Source: Takakia lepidozioides
Taxonomy: Eukaryota > Plantae > Bryophyta
DNA length: 64,000 bases
Assembly (NCBI GenBank): GCA_030704615.1
Contig: CM060732.1
Span: forward strand, 5,828,001-5,892,000
Direction of reading: 5' to 3'
A program made the position numbers and the translations under genes. Of the stretch, positions 1 to 11,879 are shown in pieces; position 1 is the first letter of the stretch, and each line of letters opens with the position of its first letter. The notes under the pieces were generated by a model. It was not told where the DNA came from. It ran no database searches and saw only the letters and a program-made list of their open reading frames with translations.

Positions 1-1033
1 GCCATTTCATCCCCACCAAGGAGACGGCAATGGCACAGGAGACAGGGCGACTCACGTCTTAAAACATCATGGAGTCCCGAAGGATATTGTCTCGGATCGC
101 GATCCAAAGTTTACGAGTAAATTTTGGAGGACACTTTGGAAGAAGATGGGGACGAGGCTGAAGATGAGCACCGCCTTCCGACCTACGACGGACGGCCAAA
201 CGAAAGAGTGAATTCCGTAGTGAAGCAATTCTTGCGGAATTACGTGTCGGCAGACCAATCAAACTGGATGGAACACTTAGACGCGGCAGAGTTCTGTTAT
301 AATAACACAGAACACTCCGCAACGGGAGTTTCCCCTTTCGTATTGGTCTATGGAAAAGCACCTCTGGTGCCGACAAGTTGGGCCGCCCAGGACGTTGAGG
401 AACCGGCAGTAGCGGCAGTATTGGAAGAACGCGAGCGTTTGTTGAAGCTCGCAAAGTACAACATTGCCAAAGCTAGGAAACGGTATGAAAGGCAGGCAAA
501 TCGGAAGCGGAGGGAAGTGAAGTTTGAGGCAGGCACAGAGGTCTGGTTGAACATCAAGAATTTCCGACTACCTCCGGAAGTAAGTCCAAAGTTCGTACCT
601 CCGTATGCGGGACCCCTTTCGCATTCGGAAGGTTATGAATGAGGATGTGTATGAATTGGAGCTGCCGGCAAACAGCAAGGTGCACCCAGTATTCCATGTC
701 TCCCTTTTGAAGCCTTACTTCAAAGATGAAGCGCGTCCGAATCGGCATCAAGTGTTGCGTCCGCCACCTATGCTATTGGATCATGAAAATGAACCTGAGT
801 ACGAGGTGGAGGCAATACTTAAGTCGAGGAGGTTCAAGAACCGAGAAACGGAGTATCTCATCAAATGGAAGGGCTATCATCATGTGGAGGCATCTTGGGT
901 GCGTGCCTCAGAAATGGGAAACGCATCCGAGGCGGTTGCAGCTTTCGAAGGGCGACCTCAAAAGCGAAAAAGCGTTGATGGGGACATCAACCTTGGAGCG
1001 TGGGGGAGGAAATGCATGCTTAGCCCGGCTTAG
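1..1033 (+). mobile_element. Ty3/Gypsy chromovirus 3' end: integrase C-terminal half plus chromodomain (frameshifted)
   Basis: ORFs 124-642 and 605-1033 contain integrase tail motifs ([27 protein letters not shown], PxYAGP, VHPVFHVSLLKP) and a chromodomain (EYEVEAILKSR...YLIKWKGY...ASW); purine-rich PPT at about 995-1012. Confidence 0.93.
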
Positions 1034-1755
1034 CTAGCTTAGGAATCCGATTGCAAAAACTTGTATTGTACAAAACGTGCTATAAATGAAATGGATTCCA
1101 AATGTTGTGCTTCCTATTTTGTTTGGAATGGTGATGCATGAAATGGTTGGCTAGTGTGTAGAATGCATGCTAGCTTATAAAAGTGGGAGAGGTAAATTGG
1201 GTTAATCGTGTGTTTGCGTAGTGCCGAAATCGGGTGACCCCCATCCAAGGGGCAAGGAAACTTGCGCCTTCTTTGGGAGTTCACGTGCTAGTGCGCACCT
1301 GGCGCGTGCGCGTACTATAACTGCGCTACCGAGGGGGTTGCCTTGTAGCGCGGACTAAACTGCGCTACGAGAGGGGTTGCCTTGTAGTGCGGGCTAATGC
1401 GGAAGCTACGTGCTTCGTTCACGGTACTATAATCGTGTAGCCTCGGGACGAAGTCGTAGTGCGGCTTCGGCGTGTTCCCGTACCTCAGGCCAGCATTCCA
1501 AGGCGGACCCAATTGTAGTGATTGGGGCGCACGGTTGATTCAAGGTTATCTTCCTAGTCAAAGAGGGTTCCAGGGAACCCTTGCTCAAGGTGATGCCAAA
1601 AGCGGCATCATGAGCGGTCGCAAGCAATGTTGTTGCAGTAAGGCGATTCGATCCTCGGGGAGGATCGTTCATTGGCCTTGAAGTAGGCCAAGAAGAGTGC
1701 ACTGGGAGGAGCTGGAGAGGCTCCACCCTTGGCCGGGACTTGGAGGAAGTCGGCC
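1013..1755 (+). mobile_element. 3' LTR (family A) of the chromovirus, right end truncated
   Basis: Starts TG immediately after PPT gggggaggaaa; contains a short internal duplication at about 1320-1395; no terminal CA identified before a second element begins at about 1760. Confidence 0.6.
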
Positions 1756-1759
1756 GAAC

Positions 1760-2646
1760 TAGCTAGTGGAGAGTAGAGTCAAGTGTGGGGTTTGGTTCTT
1801 TGCCATGGGACGCCATGGTACGGAAACAAACTCCTTGATGTGGGACGCCACAACTTGGATGTTCGTTTCTACTAAATGGACAAGTCGATGAGGACATCGA
1901 CTCCCTGTTGGTAGGGGTGTGTGTCGCGGCCCTTTGCCTTGAGGGCAGGGGGTCGGGACACATGAGGGGCTGCCCCTGTAGTGGGGGCATCGGCAGCGAT
2001 AGGTATGGGGGGCTGAAGCACCCTTGAGTGCCCAAGGCACTCAAGGAGGCGGAGGCGCTCACTAGGTGGAGCCCCGCACATCGGGTTGCGGTGGGGGTGG
2101 CTCCACAAGGGGTGGTGGTAGCTTAGCGGGACTTAGTGGGGGTGGCATAGGACTCACCATGGGGTGGAGACCTCGAGGTGGGAGTCGTGGGGAGTCTTGG
2201 GACTCATCACGGTCCATTGGGGCCGCGGTGAGTGGGCCAAGACTCACCGCGACTCACCACCGGGAATCGAGGGTCTTCGTGGTGGTTCGCCATAAAATGG
2301 CATGGCTGGTTGTGAAACCCCCGCGGACAGCTACAGAAGTATATATAGGGAGTAGTAACCCCGAGAACGGTGCAAGCCCGTTGGTGACCAAAAACTAGTG
2401 AGTAAGCGAGCGAGCCGGAAAGCGACCAAAGAGTGGGGAGCTGTTCCAGACTGCCATCTACCAAAGGGAATTCTCCTAGTCCCAATTAGGTGGAGGGTTT
2501 AGTGGGAAGCGAAGGGGGACCGTTATGTCCCGGTGAGCAGCCGAAGCTCCAAGTTGGCCCGGGCGGCCAGGTTGGGAGTCAGGCGCGCGCATCAAAGCGA
2601 GTAACTATGACTTGAAGGGGAGCTTACCGAAGTGAGGTGCGCGACA
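1760..2646 (+). mobile_element. Remnant of a second chromovirus: decayed chromodomain, PPT, and complete LTR (family B, 1922-2646)
   Basis: gtcgatgaggacatcgac...ggtaggggtgtg parallels the pre-LTR sequence at 974-1012; LTR bounded by TGTCGCG (1922) and CGCGACA (2646); both LTR ends recur at 42683-43084 and 44137-44281. Confidence 0.75.
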
Positions 2647-2975
2647 AAGAGCCATTCATCTTCCCATCGCAAGTTGAGCAAGTTTTCTTTTCAGATGACA
2701 TCCATGCGCCGGGATGGAAGGTGGTTCTTCACAAGGACCCCCGGGCCAAACGAGTCGTTGCCGACGTCCATGATCTGGACCTAGGGGAGAATGCCGACCA
2801 CGAGGGTCTGAGGGAACCACGAAATCTACCAGATACGGCCGAACCAGTCTCTTTGGAAGGAGCAGTTACCTTTAATGAGGAAGACATTCCAGGGTTGGTA
2901 ATTACCGCCAGACAAATTGCAGATGTGGGTAGTGAAGGGGAAGATTATTTGGATACGGATAGTGAGCCCAGCTGA
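2647..2975 (+). pseudogene. CACTA/EnSpm TnpD (TNP2) transposase C-terminus, DUF4216 region, interrupted by the LTR element
   Basis: EPFIFPSQVEQVFFSDD...GWKVVLHK matches the conserved DUF4216 tail; begins exactly after the LTR terminal CA. Confidence 0.85.
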
Positions 2976-4557
2976 ATCTCAGTGTCCATTAAGCCAGCAG
3001 CTCATAGACGAGAGCTATGCTAAGGACTCTTACTGTCCTTAGAACCCATTTTATACAGTCCTGCTTATAAGCAAGGGTGAGACAGTTAATAGTATCGATA
3101 ATGTATGGGTATGTGGTCACTGACTGTCTTGTGAACAAACCTTTTTTTGTTCTGCCCATATTGTTTCTGACATGTGAGGAGAGGATCGTCTTCATGTACG
3201 GGAAGTAGACGTGAATGTGTGCATGCATTTTCTGGCCCATCTGCATGCTTTCCAGGAACAAAGACCAGTGGAATGGGGGGTGTCTCCAAAGGAGCAGGAC
3301 CGAACGACACCTTTTTGTGCTTCCCTTGCTTTCCTTCTCACCGTTGTTCCATTCTCCCACCTGCCCAACAGCAGCACTCTCGAAGCAATAGCATGACATA
3401 TGTTCGCACATGGTCTTCTTCACCAGTGAATGAGCTTTTATGCTACATGTACTGCCCCGTCCACATTAACGTTGATCCCTGCAAGCACTTGGCAAGACAC
3501 CCCAGAGCCGCAAATCCAGCAACCACCACAAACACATCTAACTGATTGTAGTGACATGGGAATAGCTCACTTGTAGAGGAATTGAACCTCCAGCCAAATG
3601 AATGGCTCTGCCCCTTGTAGCACAAGTGCGATGCAAAAACAAGGTGAGTACAAAATGAAGAAGCACTTACGAGGTCCCCATCCCTGGGATGGGCTCCCAC
3701 TTCTGCTCTGGAACTGTGCAGGCCTGAGTAGCACCAAATTGCATGAATCCTAAGCCTGAATGTCAAATGCAGGTTTATGTCGCGATGTAGCACGCCATCA
3801 TCTTACCTGTAGTTTCCAGTTTCACTGGTGTCACATTTGCCTTCAAGTCAACATCAAAATTAAGTCCACCTATGCGCAAATCGTAGAATCTCTCATGACA
3901 CCATCTGCGTACCGAAAAACTGGTTTGGCATGATATAATTGTAGTTCACAACCTTAATGAACGCTTTCAGCCTTTACCTCTCCGTGCGCTCCATCATGCC
4001 TCCATCCAGCACATTTTGTAAATGTTGAATGACCAAGAACCCGATGTCACACCGTTCTGAGAAGCCACTACGCGCTCACAGTATACGAAGGCCTTGCCGT
4101 GTCAGGATTTGCATTCCCACGTCCCGCCATGTCCGACGCAGCACTTGCATCATTGCCAGACAGGCCAGGTGGAGGCAGCATGTATTAAAATATCTATTCC
4201 CCCAAGGCCACATTTTGTTTACCTTTTTTTGTGAAAGCCACGTCAGCAAATGTGCTGCCGAGTCATGGGTGCAATGAATGTGCAGTGGTTCATGGAGTCG
4301 TTGAGTCGACTACATATTCACTTTAATGAATAAATATCTTTATTCCATTAATCGAATTAGGAATGCAAATTTGTAGTCGCATGTGCAGTAATTACAACCA
4401 CTTGCAATTTTGGCTTTTTCAAATTTTATCTGTTTCGACTCTCCAGTAGTCCCGTTTACTACCAAGTGGTTTCCGGAGTGGTCGCGGACATGCAGTCGAT
4501 TCGAAAAAGACACGAATGCTTCTAGTGCCCCCTCCCCCAATCCCCAACCCCCAACAA

Positions 4558-6165
4558 TTAGTGAATTACACACATACGTTGCATCAAATCCACCTCATTA
4601 ATACACATGCGACAAATGGATCTGGCACGGTACCTCCTGTCCTTCAAGTTTCGCCCCACCATCTCCATCACCCTTGTGTCATTCCAATTGCCCGAAAACC
4701 GGCGGTCTAACTCACGGGCATACGCCCGCTTCGCGCCAAAATGCTGATCAGCCCACTCAATGTGCAAAGGGAACCACCTCATTGCGAGTTCAAAGGTTGG
4801 CTTATTCATAGCCTCCCAGAACCGCAGGGGTCACCATGGCAATTCACCTCCACCGGTGGCACCACGATCTTTGCCAACTCCATGTCCTCTATCGCCAACG
4901 ATTTGTTCTTCCTCCCACCCTCTCCCTTCTTTGTAGCCTCCTTCCCCTACTCTTTTGTTACCCCACTGCCCTCCCCCGCATGCACACTCACCCTTTCCTC
5001 TCCATGGGACTTCTTCTTCTTCTTCTTCTTCTTTTCCTTCCCCTTCTCCACGACCATCTCCTTCCGCTTCCCCGCTACTTCCTCTCTCACCTTCTCCCTC
5101 TCTCTTCTCTCTCTCTCCTCGACAACCCCTTCATTGATGGTAAAAGGGACCTCGGGAGGTCAAGGCCTCTTCTTCTTACCTTTGGTGTTTGGGTCCTTCA
5201 TGAACACCACGTGCTCTCCCTCATTGGCAACCCCACCGGACTGCACCAATGAGGCCAGCCATGTTGCTGCCTCCTGAAGACAAATAACCCCCCAAATTCA
5301 AAAAAAGAAACAACAACAAAGAAAATCATGCATGCAAAGGAAAAGACAAAACATGGAACAAGGTGCGACAGTTGTACCTTTGCAAGCTTGTCCGACTCGC
5401 CCCCGGTGTCACCCAATGTGGTAGGAGTCCCCGTTGCCGGATGTGCCCGCGCTATCCCCTCCCGGAGCGCCACTGGAAATAGATTCCAGATGTGGAGCAT
5501 AGCCGGCGGCGGCACCCCGTAGCCCAGGCCCTTCTTTGCTGACCGCTCAGGCTTAGGGGGCGGCGTCGCTGATCGGCTAGGCCGCTCCAAATCGGCCCAT
5601 ACCTCCTCCTCCCCCCCCCCCCCCAAATGCGCTCACCGGCTTGACTACTTCGAGGCGCTTCGCTATCTCGGCCACTTCATTGGCCATCCTCATCTCCTCC
5701 TCCCTCATCGACAACATTGGGCTAGCAACGACCACTTTCAAAGGCCCTTGAACCTGACGTTGGCCTTGGCAAGTGCAGCCTTTGTTGCGGAGGAAGGGGT
5801 CGCTATGGGGGTGACATCCAAAAGTTGCCCATACCGGGCCCCCAAACGGGTGATGTGCTTGCCAAGGTACATTTCACCCATCTTGGTGGCCGGGGGTGTG
5901 CTCAACTGAGCATCCGGCTCAGTAACAACCTCCCGAATAGGAGAGCTGGCTGAGCCGGCCCCTGGCGCATCCAAGATGGGGACAAGAGGGGGGGTACTGG
6001 CCTCGGGGGGCAGACGAGCCCTCCGGCTGCAGCTGTCGACGGGGCTGGTAAACCATGAGACGCCCTGGCGCGTCACACGTGCTGGCAGAGAAAACGGATT
6101 CTCCGCCTGTTTCTTTGGGGCAGGGGATTTCTTCTCTTTCCCCATAAGCCCGGCACCTGTCATGC
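4558..6165 (-). pseudogene. CACTA accessory (TnpA/PTTA-like) gene, decayed, convergent with TnpD
   Basis: Fragmented reading frame with a GT-AG intron at about 5275-5377, a K/E-rich tract, then VEVNCHGDPCG...RWFPLHIEWADQ...RRF...VMEMVGRNLKDRRYR resembling PTTA/Transposase_24-type ORFs; adjacent to TnpD. Confidence 0.5.
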
Positions 6166-6269
6166 AAACCCACAAGTTGGCCTCATTAGGAAACAACCTC
6201 TACATTCCAGATCAAAAACAAAAAAAACCAAGCATGTCGGGGGCTGAGAGCAGCAAGTGCTGGGTGTCT

Positions 6270-6420
6270 CGAGAGGGGGAAACAAAGAAAAAAGAAAAAG
6301 GTTGGGGGGGGGAGTGACTGAGCAGCAGCAGCAGCTGCTGAGTACCACTTGCTCAGTCACCCGCCCGCCCCACCTTTTTTTGGGGGGGGGGGTTTCCTGA
6401 TCACTCCCTCTCTCTGTCCC
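6270..6420. repeat. Inverted-repeat junction site 1
   Basis: GAGTGACTGAGCAGC...cagctgctgagtac...TGCTCAGTCAC flanked by A/G and C/T tracts; recurs at 14175-14219 and 17079-17127. Confidence 0.8.
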
Positions 6421-6436
6421 TCTCTGTCCCTCTGTC

Positions 6437-6483
<47 letters not shown>

Positions 6484-6589
6484 TTTTTTCTTGCTACTCA
6501 CAAAAATAAACAAACCACAAGGGAGAGAGGGTGCAGAAAAAGTTAAAAAGAGAGAGGGAGAGGGAGAGAGCTAAAAGAGATGGAGAGAG

Positions 6590-8205
6590 TGGGAAGATAT
6601 TCACGTCATGTCAAGACATGGACAGGACCCATAAGGGTCATTGTCAATTAAAGACATAAACAACCCTGGATAGGGCACTATCTCACATTTTCAGTCTTGT
6701 CAAATCATCCCAAAAGACACCACCCAATCATCCAAGACAAAAAACAGGGTGGGAGGGCGGGGTTTGTTCTTGTGTGGGACAAGATAAGATATTGTTGTCC
6801 CTGTGCAGGCTGCAAGGCCTCTTGGTTCAGCCTGTACATATACCAGCCGCTTACCATTTCAGCCATTAATTATGGCAGGTCATGCATCAGCCAAGGTATA
6901 AGGACCAGCCTGCAGTTTGTCAGAATCTCAGTATGCCACCAAGCAGTCCAACTTGAGCCAGATGAAGTAGATTCCATATCATTTGTATTCACCCCGAGAC
7001 ATGTGATCATACAAGGCATCAAGGGAATGTGAATGCAGCCTGTCAAATTGCAGGTTCAAGACTTGTACCAACAAGTAGCATGAACAGCCGAGATCCAGCC
7101 TCTTTTGTATTAAAAAACAGATTGCAAGTCATAGGCCTAATGTCATGACAGATCCAAAACAATAGGTAGGATCCCATTGCAGCTTACCATCCTCATCCTT
7201 CAAGAGTTCCATGCTAAGACATGCAAAATACACCTTACTACGATCTAGTACACATCAGAAGTAGGCCTGAAAAGGAGCAGGGCAGTACCCTACCAGGCTG
7301 CCGCCTTAAACTTCAAGACCACCAGATCCATAGATACCCAAAACCGCCAAAAACATACCACCAAAAACCAGATCCTCTTTGGCCAAAATAACTTACAACC
7401 TAGCTTAATAATCCACAGGCTTTGTTGTCAAAGATCAAAAGGTAGGGTATGGTTTGTATGCAAGCCTCAGGAAATAGGCCCGTCAGGCCGAGCTGCGCAT
7501 CGGCGGCAGAACGACAAAGGCCAGAACGCAGGCTGTAGCATGTCAAGCCAGGGGCAGTCGGGTTGAAATCAGGGCTGCAGGCAGCAGCCACCTCACAGCG
7601 CACAAACCCCTAGGTCTCCTTAGCCCATATCCCAATCTGCATGCTCAAGAAACTTCAAAGTAGGTGAGGATCCTCACCTGGTCCCATCACAAGCCCCCAC
7701 AAAAACCAACAGGTTAGTGAGGATTGTGGAACCCCAGGTGAATCACAGACCCTCACACTTGTCATCAATGTCAACTAAGAAACTCAAAAGCAAGAGAAAG
7801 AGATAAGAACATGAGAATCCCTAAACTCCAAAGGCACCTTAAGCGATTGGGGAAGAGGGTTATGCGCCATCACCACCCGCAGCAAGCCGCCTCCACAAAG
7901 CACATAAGCAATGAAGCAAAGCAAGCACAATCGCAAGGCACTTGAAAGGAGGGAGAGAGCTTCCCATCATAAGCATCCTTGCTAAGCACAAAAAAAGCCA
8001 GAGGAGGGAAGATGCCACTACATTCATAGCGGTGTTTCCCGTTGCAAGAGAGACAAGGCGCCGCCTTCGCGCCCCCCCAGGCGCTCGTCTAGCATGGGTA
8101 CGACACCACAAACGGGGCAGCCACCGAAGCACGTCCGCCATAACACTCTCCTCGCGAGCTCAGAAGCACATCGCGTGCTTCTGACAGCGGGAGAGACGAC
8201 ATCGG
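6590..8205 (-). ncRNA. Structured non-coding repeat unit 1 (subfamily A), putative
   Basis: Shares a central stem domain (7636-7793) and a 3' hairpin domain (6590-6765) with other units; no conserved ORF. Confidence 0.55.
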
Positions 8206-8219
8206 GTTTTCCCCCGATT

Positions 8220-8725
8220 ATTCATCCATGGATGAAAAATAGTAGGACGCATCCGTATACCCTGACGGATTTCATCCGCAGCAAGGTTAAAAATAGGTTT
8301 TGGGGTAGGGGTTAGGGTTTCCACCGTAATTAATCATAATTAGGGGTAGTAAAGATCAATTCCAGGCCTTAATCACATCATCCATAAACAGATCACTTGT
8401 GTCAGGATGAAAAAGTAGGGAATATCATCCGTGGCAGCGCCTTACCTCCATCTAGGTAATTCTATTATTCCTCCCCAGACCATCCGGTATGGATAAAAAG
8501 AGTCAATAAAAGAGAAATGAAAAATTATCACCCTGGTAGTTTTTCATCCGGTACGGATGGAAAAACAGAATGTTGTTGGCAACCTCCATAGAGGTAATTC
8601 TTTTCTTCCATGGTGACTCATCTTGTATGGATGAGAGTCAATAAAGGAGGAAAGAAAAGTCCAAAAGAACCATCCTAGAGGTAACTCAGTGTCCATCCTG
8701 GTGGCTCATCCGGTATGGATGAAAA
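8220..8725. promoter_or_regulatory. Cluster of TCATCC-N5-GGATGA palindromes plus telo-box-like AAACCCTA (minus strand) upstream of unit 1
   Basis: For example tcatccggtacggatgg (8544) and tcatccggtatggatga (8707); gggttagggtttc at about 8310. Confidence 0.5.
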
Positions 8726-8785
8726 AGCCTGATAGAGGATGAGAAAACAAGAAGTCAACACTGATAGTAAACTGCCAATTCCCAG

Positions 8786-9066
8786 TAGCTGCTCAGTCAC
8801 TCCCCCTCCCCACCTTTTTCTTTTTTCTTTGTTGCCCCCTCTCTCCCTCTGTCTCCCTCTCTGTCCCTCTCTCCCTCCTTCTCTCTCTCTCTCTCATCTC
8901 TTTTGTGCTGCTCACAAAAAAAAAAAAAACCACAGAGGGAAAGAGGGGGTAGAAAAAATTAAAAAGAGAGAGGGAGAGAGTGGGAGAGAGTGGGAGAGGG
9001 AGAGAGGGGGCAACAAAGAAAAAAAAAAAAATGGGTTGGGGGGGGAGTGACTGAGCAGAGCAGCAG
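8786..9066. repeat. Short fold-back bounded by two junction half-sites (internally deleted, empty unit)
   Basis: About 65-bp inverted arms: gctgctcagtcactcccc...ttgttgccccctctctccctct and agagggagagagggggcaacaa...ggggagtgactgagcag. Confidence 0.75.
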
Positions 9067-9364
9067 CAAAATGTGGATAAAGCCCTGAAGCAAACACTTC
9101 AGGCCTGGGCCTGCTGCTGATAAGTTCAAATACGATCTATGAATGCATTGTTTGTTTTGCTAACCACTATGCAAATGCTCTTGAGGATGTTTGTTTAAAA
9201 GACATGGTTGCTTTTAAAACTTTCCAGCTGTTCTTGGGAACATATCTTGCTAAGTGGCAGATATATCTCAATATGGCTGAGAGATGCAATTACTCTGCTC
9301 TATGGAATATGAAACCAGTCTGTTTTGATGGTGATGGATTTTTTTCTTTCTATGATGAATATCT

Positions 9365-9548
9365 TACAATTCCCACCCTCCCACCCAGAGATTTCAGATA
9401 CCCTGAAGTCTTCATTATTCAATCAAATCGGATGCTATGTGTGAACGGAGATTTTAGATAGTGCCTTCTAAGGAGGCTGCTATGTCCTTTTCTGACAATG
9501 ACTTCAAAAGTCTTGTCTATGTCTTGACATGACATGAATATCTTCCCT
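9365..9548 (+). ncRNA. Inverted 3' hairpin domain, probably belonging to unit 2
   Basis: cccaccctcccaccc...gatagtgccttc-taa-ggaggc...gacaatgactt-caa-aagtcttgtc...gtcttgacatgacatgaatatcttccc is the same 3' domain in opposite orientation to units 1, 3 and 4. Confidence 0.5.
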
Positions 9549-9709
9549 TTCTCTTTTTAACTTTTTCTACCCCCTCTCTCCCTCTGTGGGGTTTTTTTTT
9601 TGTGAGCAGCACAAAAGAGAGGAGAGAGAGAGAGAGAGAGAGAGGGGGGGGAGAGGGACAGAGAGAGGAAACAAAAAAAAACAAAAAACAAAACAAAACA
9701 GATAGGCTT

Positions 9710-11640
9710 CCATAAGGCAGCTTATAGGTCTGGGGTACCAGTACCTAATAGTTATAAGTGTGATTGCCCCATTGTTCCTGGTTCAAACACTATAACTAGG
9801 TAGCAGGTTATGTTCCCAAAATGACTGGCAGCATTTAAGCGAGACCAAGTCTGCTAGAGAGGCTTCCATAAAAACATTGCAAGGTACTTTTACTAAGCAA
9901 TGATTGCAGTAGCAGTACTATTTGAGTGTTTCCTAAGCAGAATCAGGCCTGGAGTTGATGTTCCAGGGCCTTATCATCATTCTGCCAAAGTAAGAAAAAA
10001 GCTCAAGATGTACATGTTTGTTAACAGATCAAAACCAACAGCATGTGGTAGCTTAAGAGAATGTATGTATTCTGAGGAAGCTAAATAAGCACTACCAGGC
10101 ATGATTTGAACATAAGCTGCATAAACCAGAGCTGTCTTGGCTCGCCAAAAGACAAAAAATAGTGCCTGGAAAAGGCAACATACTGCCTTGTCAGGCTGCA
10201 GCTAAGGAAAAAAAATGCCACAATGCGGCTATGTCAAGAAAATAGATACCTTTCAGTAGAATATGTGTATTCTATGAATGCTAGCATATGCCTGCCCTTT
10301 AATCATGTAAACTGAGTTGTCAACAACTAGAGAACAAGTTAAAGAGTACAAAATAGGTCCTCCCCTGATGTCTCATTGGAGTAGTAGTTGCATTCAGCAT
10401 CAGCCACATTTTATGCGGAGTTCTTCGCATCTGCAAGCTTCAAACATTATGTAAGGTGAAGATCCTCACCTATGCCCGTCCCAAAAACACCACAAAAGAC
10501 ATTTTGTGTGTTAGTGAGGATGCGTCGGGTGAGTAACAGACCTTCACACTTGCTATCGATGTCATACATATAATCTAAAGCAAGCATATGCAGGGAACAA
10601 AGCATTAAACCACCAAGACCTTAAAGGCTTGTGGAAGCAGCGAAGCCTGCGACATGGTGTCCAAGACGTACATTCAAACAAGTGCAAATAGATTGCTTTG
10701 CTGAAAAGAATGAAGAGTTTATCAAGTGAGAGAGACTCCCTGAAAACCATGCAGGTGCTGCAGCTTCATCAATGAGCATTCAAGGGTTCAGCTAGCAACC
10801 AAATTGATTGCTTCGCAGAAAAATAAAAAATAAAAAATGTAGGTACCAGTAAGGGAGTTGAAGATCCAGCCGCACTTGCGCATGAAAAGCCTGGTAATCA
10901 GACCTAAATTTCAGATGCCAGGCTGCATAGCCTTCAATGTGCAGGTCCAGAAGCATCAAAACATCCTGGATTCATTCAATTCCAGTCGCATTTCCAGTGT
11001 GAAGACATAGCCGCCAATGCACATGGCAATTAGGCCTAGAATCAGGCTGCAAAGTCTTCATAAGGCCTCACCATAAGCATGAAATGCTTCAGATTCCTGC
11101 AGTAAAAGCACTTAGCAGCCCCCATTCACACCAGCAGAAGCTCACATCTGAAATCAGGTGTGAAGACATAGCCGCCAATGCACATGCCGAGACCAGCGAT
11201 TAGGCCTGGAATCAGGCTCAAATGCTTCGGATTCCTGCAGTAAAAGCACGTAGCAGCCACCATTCACACCAGCAGAAGCTCGTGCAATCAGGTATGAAGA
11301 CATAGCCGCCAACGCACATGCCAAGACCAGCAATTAAGTCTGGAATTCTGCTGCCAGGCTGCAAAGCCCTCATTACGCCTCTCCATAAGCACCAAATGCC
11401 TTGGATTTATGCAGCATAAGCACTCATGCGATCCAGTAGCTCAGGTATGAAGACAGAGCCGCCAAAGCACATGTTGAGACCATCAATTAAACCTGGAATT
11501 CAGCTGCCAGGCTGCAAAGCCTTCATTACGCTTCTCCATAAGAATCAAACGCCATGAATTCATGCAGCAGGAGCACTTAGCCGTCACCATTCACTCCAGC
11601 AGAGCTTAAGCACGAGCTTCGTGCAAAGTGATAAGGCCTC
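9710..11640 (-). ncRNA. Structured non-coding repeat unit 2 (subfamily B), putative
   Basis: Central stem domain at 10428-10585; upstream palindrome cluster at 11650-11785. Confidence 0.5.
10997..11600. repeat. Tandem repeat, four diverged copies of about 130-160 bp
   Basis: gt(g/a)tgaagaca(t/g)agccgccaa...gcacatg at about 10997, 11158, 11291 and 11444. Confidence 0.85.
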
Positions 11641-11879
11641 ACTCTACGCGATTTCATCCAGTGTGGATGAAATCGTGTATAACTGATAACAATAATAGGC
11701 ATTCATCTCTGATGTCATCCTGTATGGATGTCATTCGTCCACAATAAAAACCTAGGTACAGCATTCATCTGGCATGGATGAAGCAAAAAAAATGGATCAA
11801 GGATTAAGTTGAATCATACCAATTTCAAACCACATAGGCTTAAGAAAAAATGATTAGATCCCGATCCGATAGCTGGAGA

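Noticed and set aside
2025-2067. Helitron 3' end (GAGTGCC-CAA-GGCACTC hairpin then CTAG), also at 44137-44180
   Set aside because: Homology between the two copies starts at TGTCGCGG after a PPT, so this is internal LTR sequence; the shared end is an inversion breakpoint
4741-5277. Plus-strand ORFs of 178 and 138 aa, and similar shadow ORFs such as 45412-46092 and 37423-37932
   Set aside because: Antisense shadows of TE coding or low-complexity sequence
7670-7725. Harbinger transposase motif (VGACDGT on the minus strand)
   Set aside because: Followed by a stop, frame not kept in units 2, 5 and 6, and conservation follows base pairing rather than codons
8295-8322. Interstitial telomere (ggggtaggggttagggttt), also 16455-16478
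   Set aside because: Only one or two imperfect repeats; better read as a telo-box-like motif
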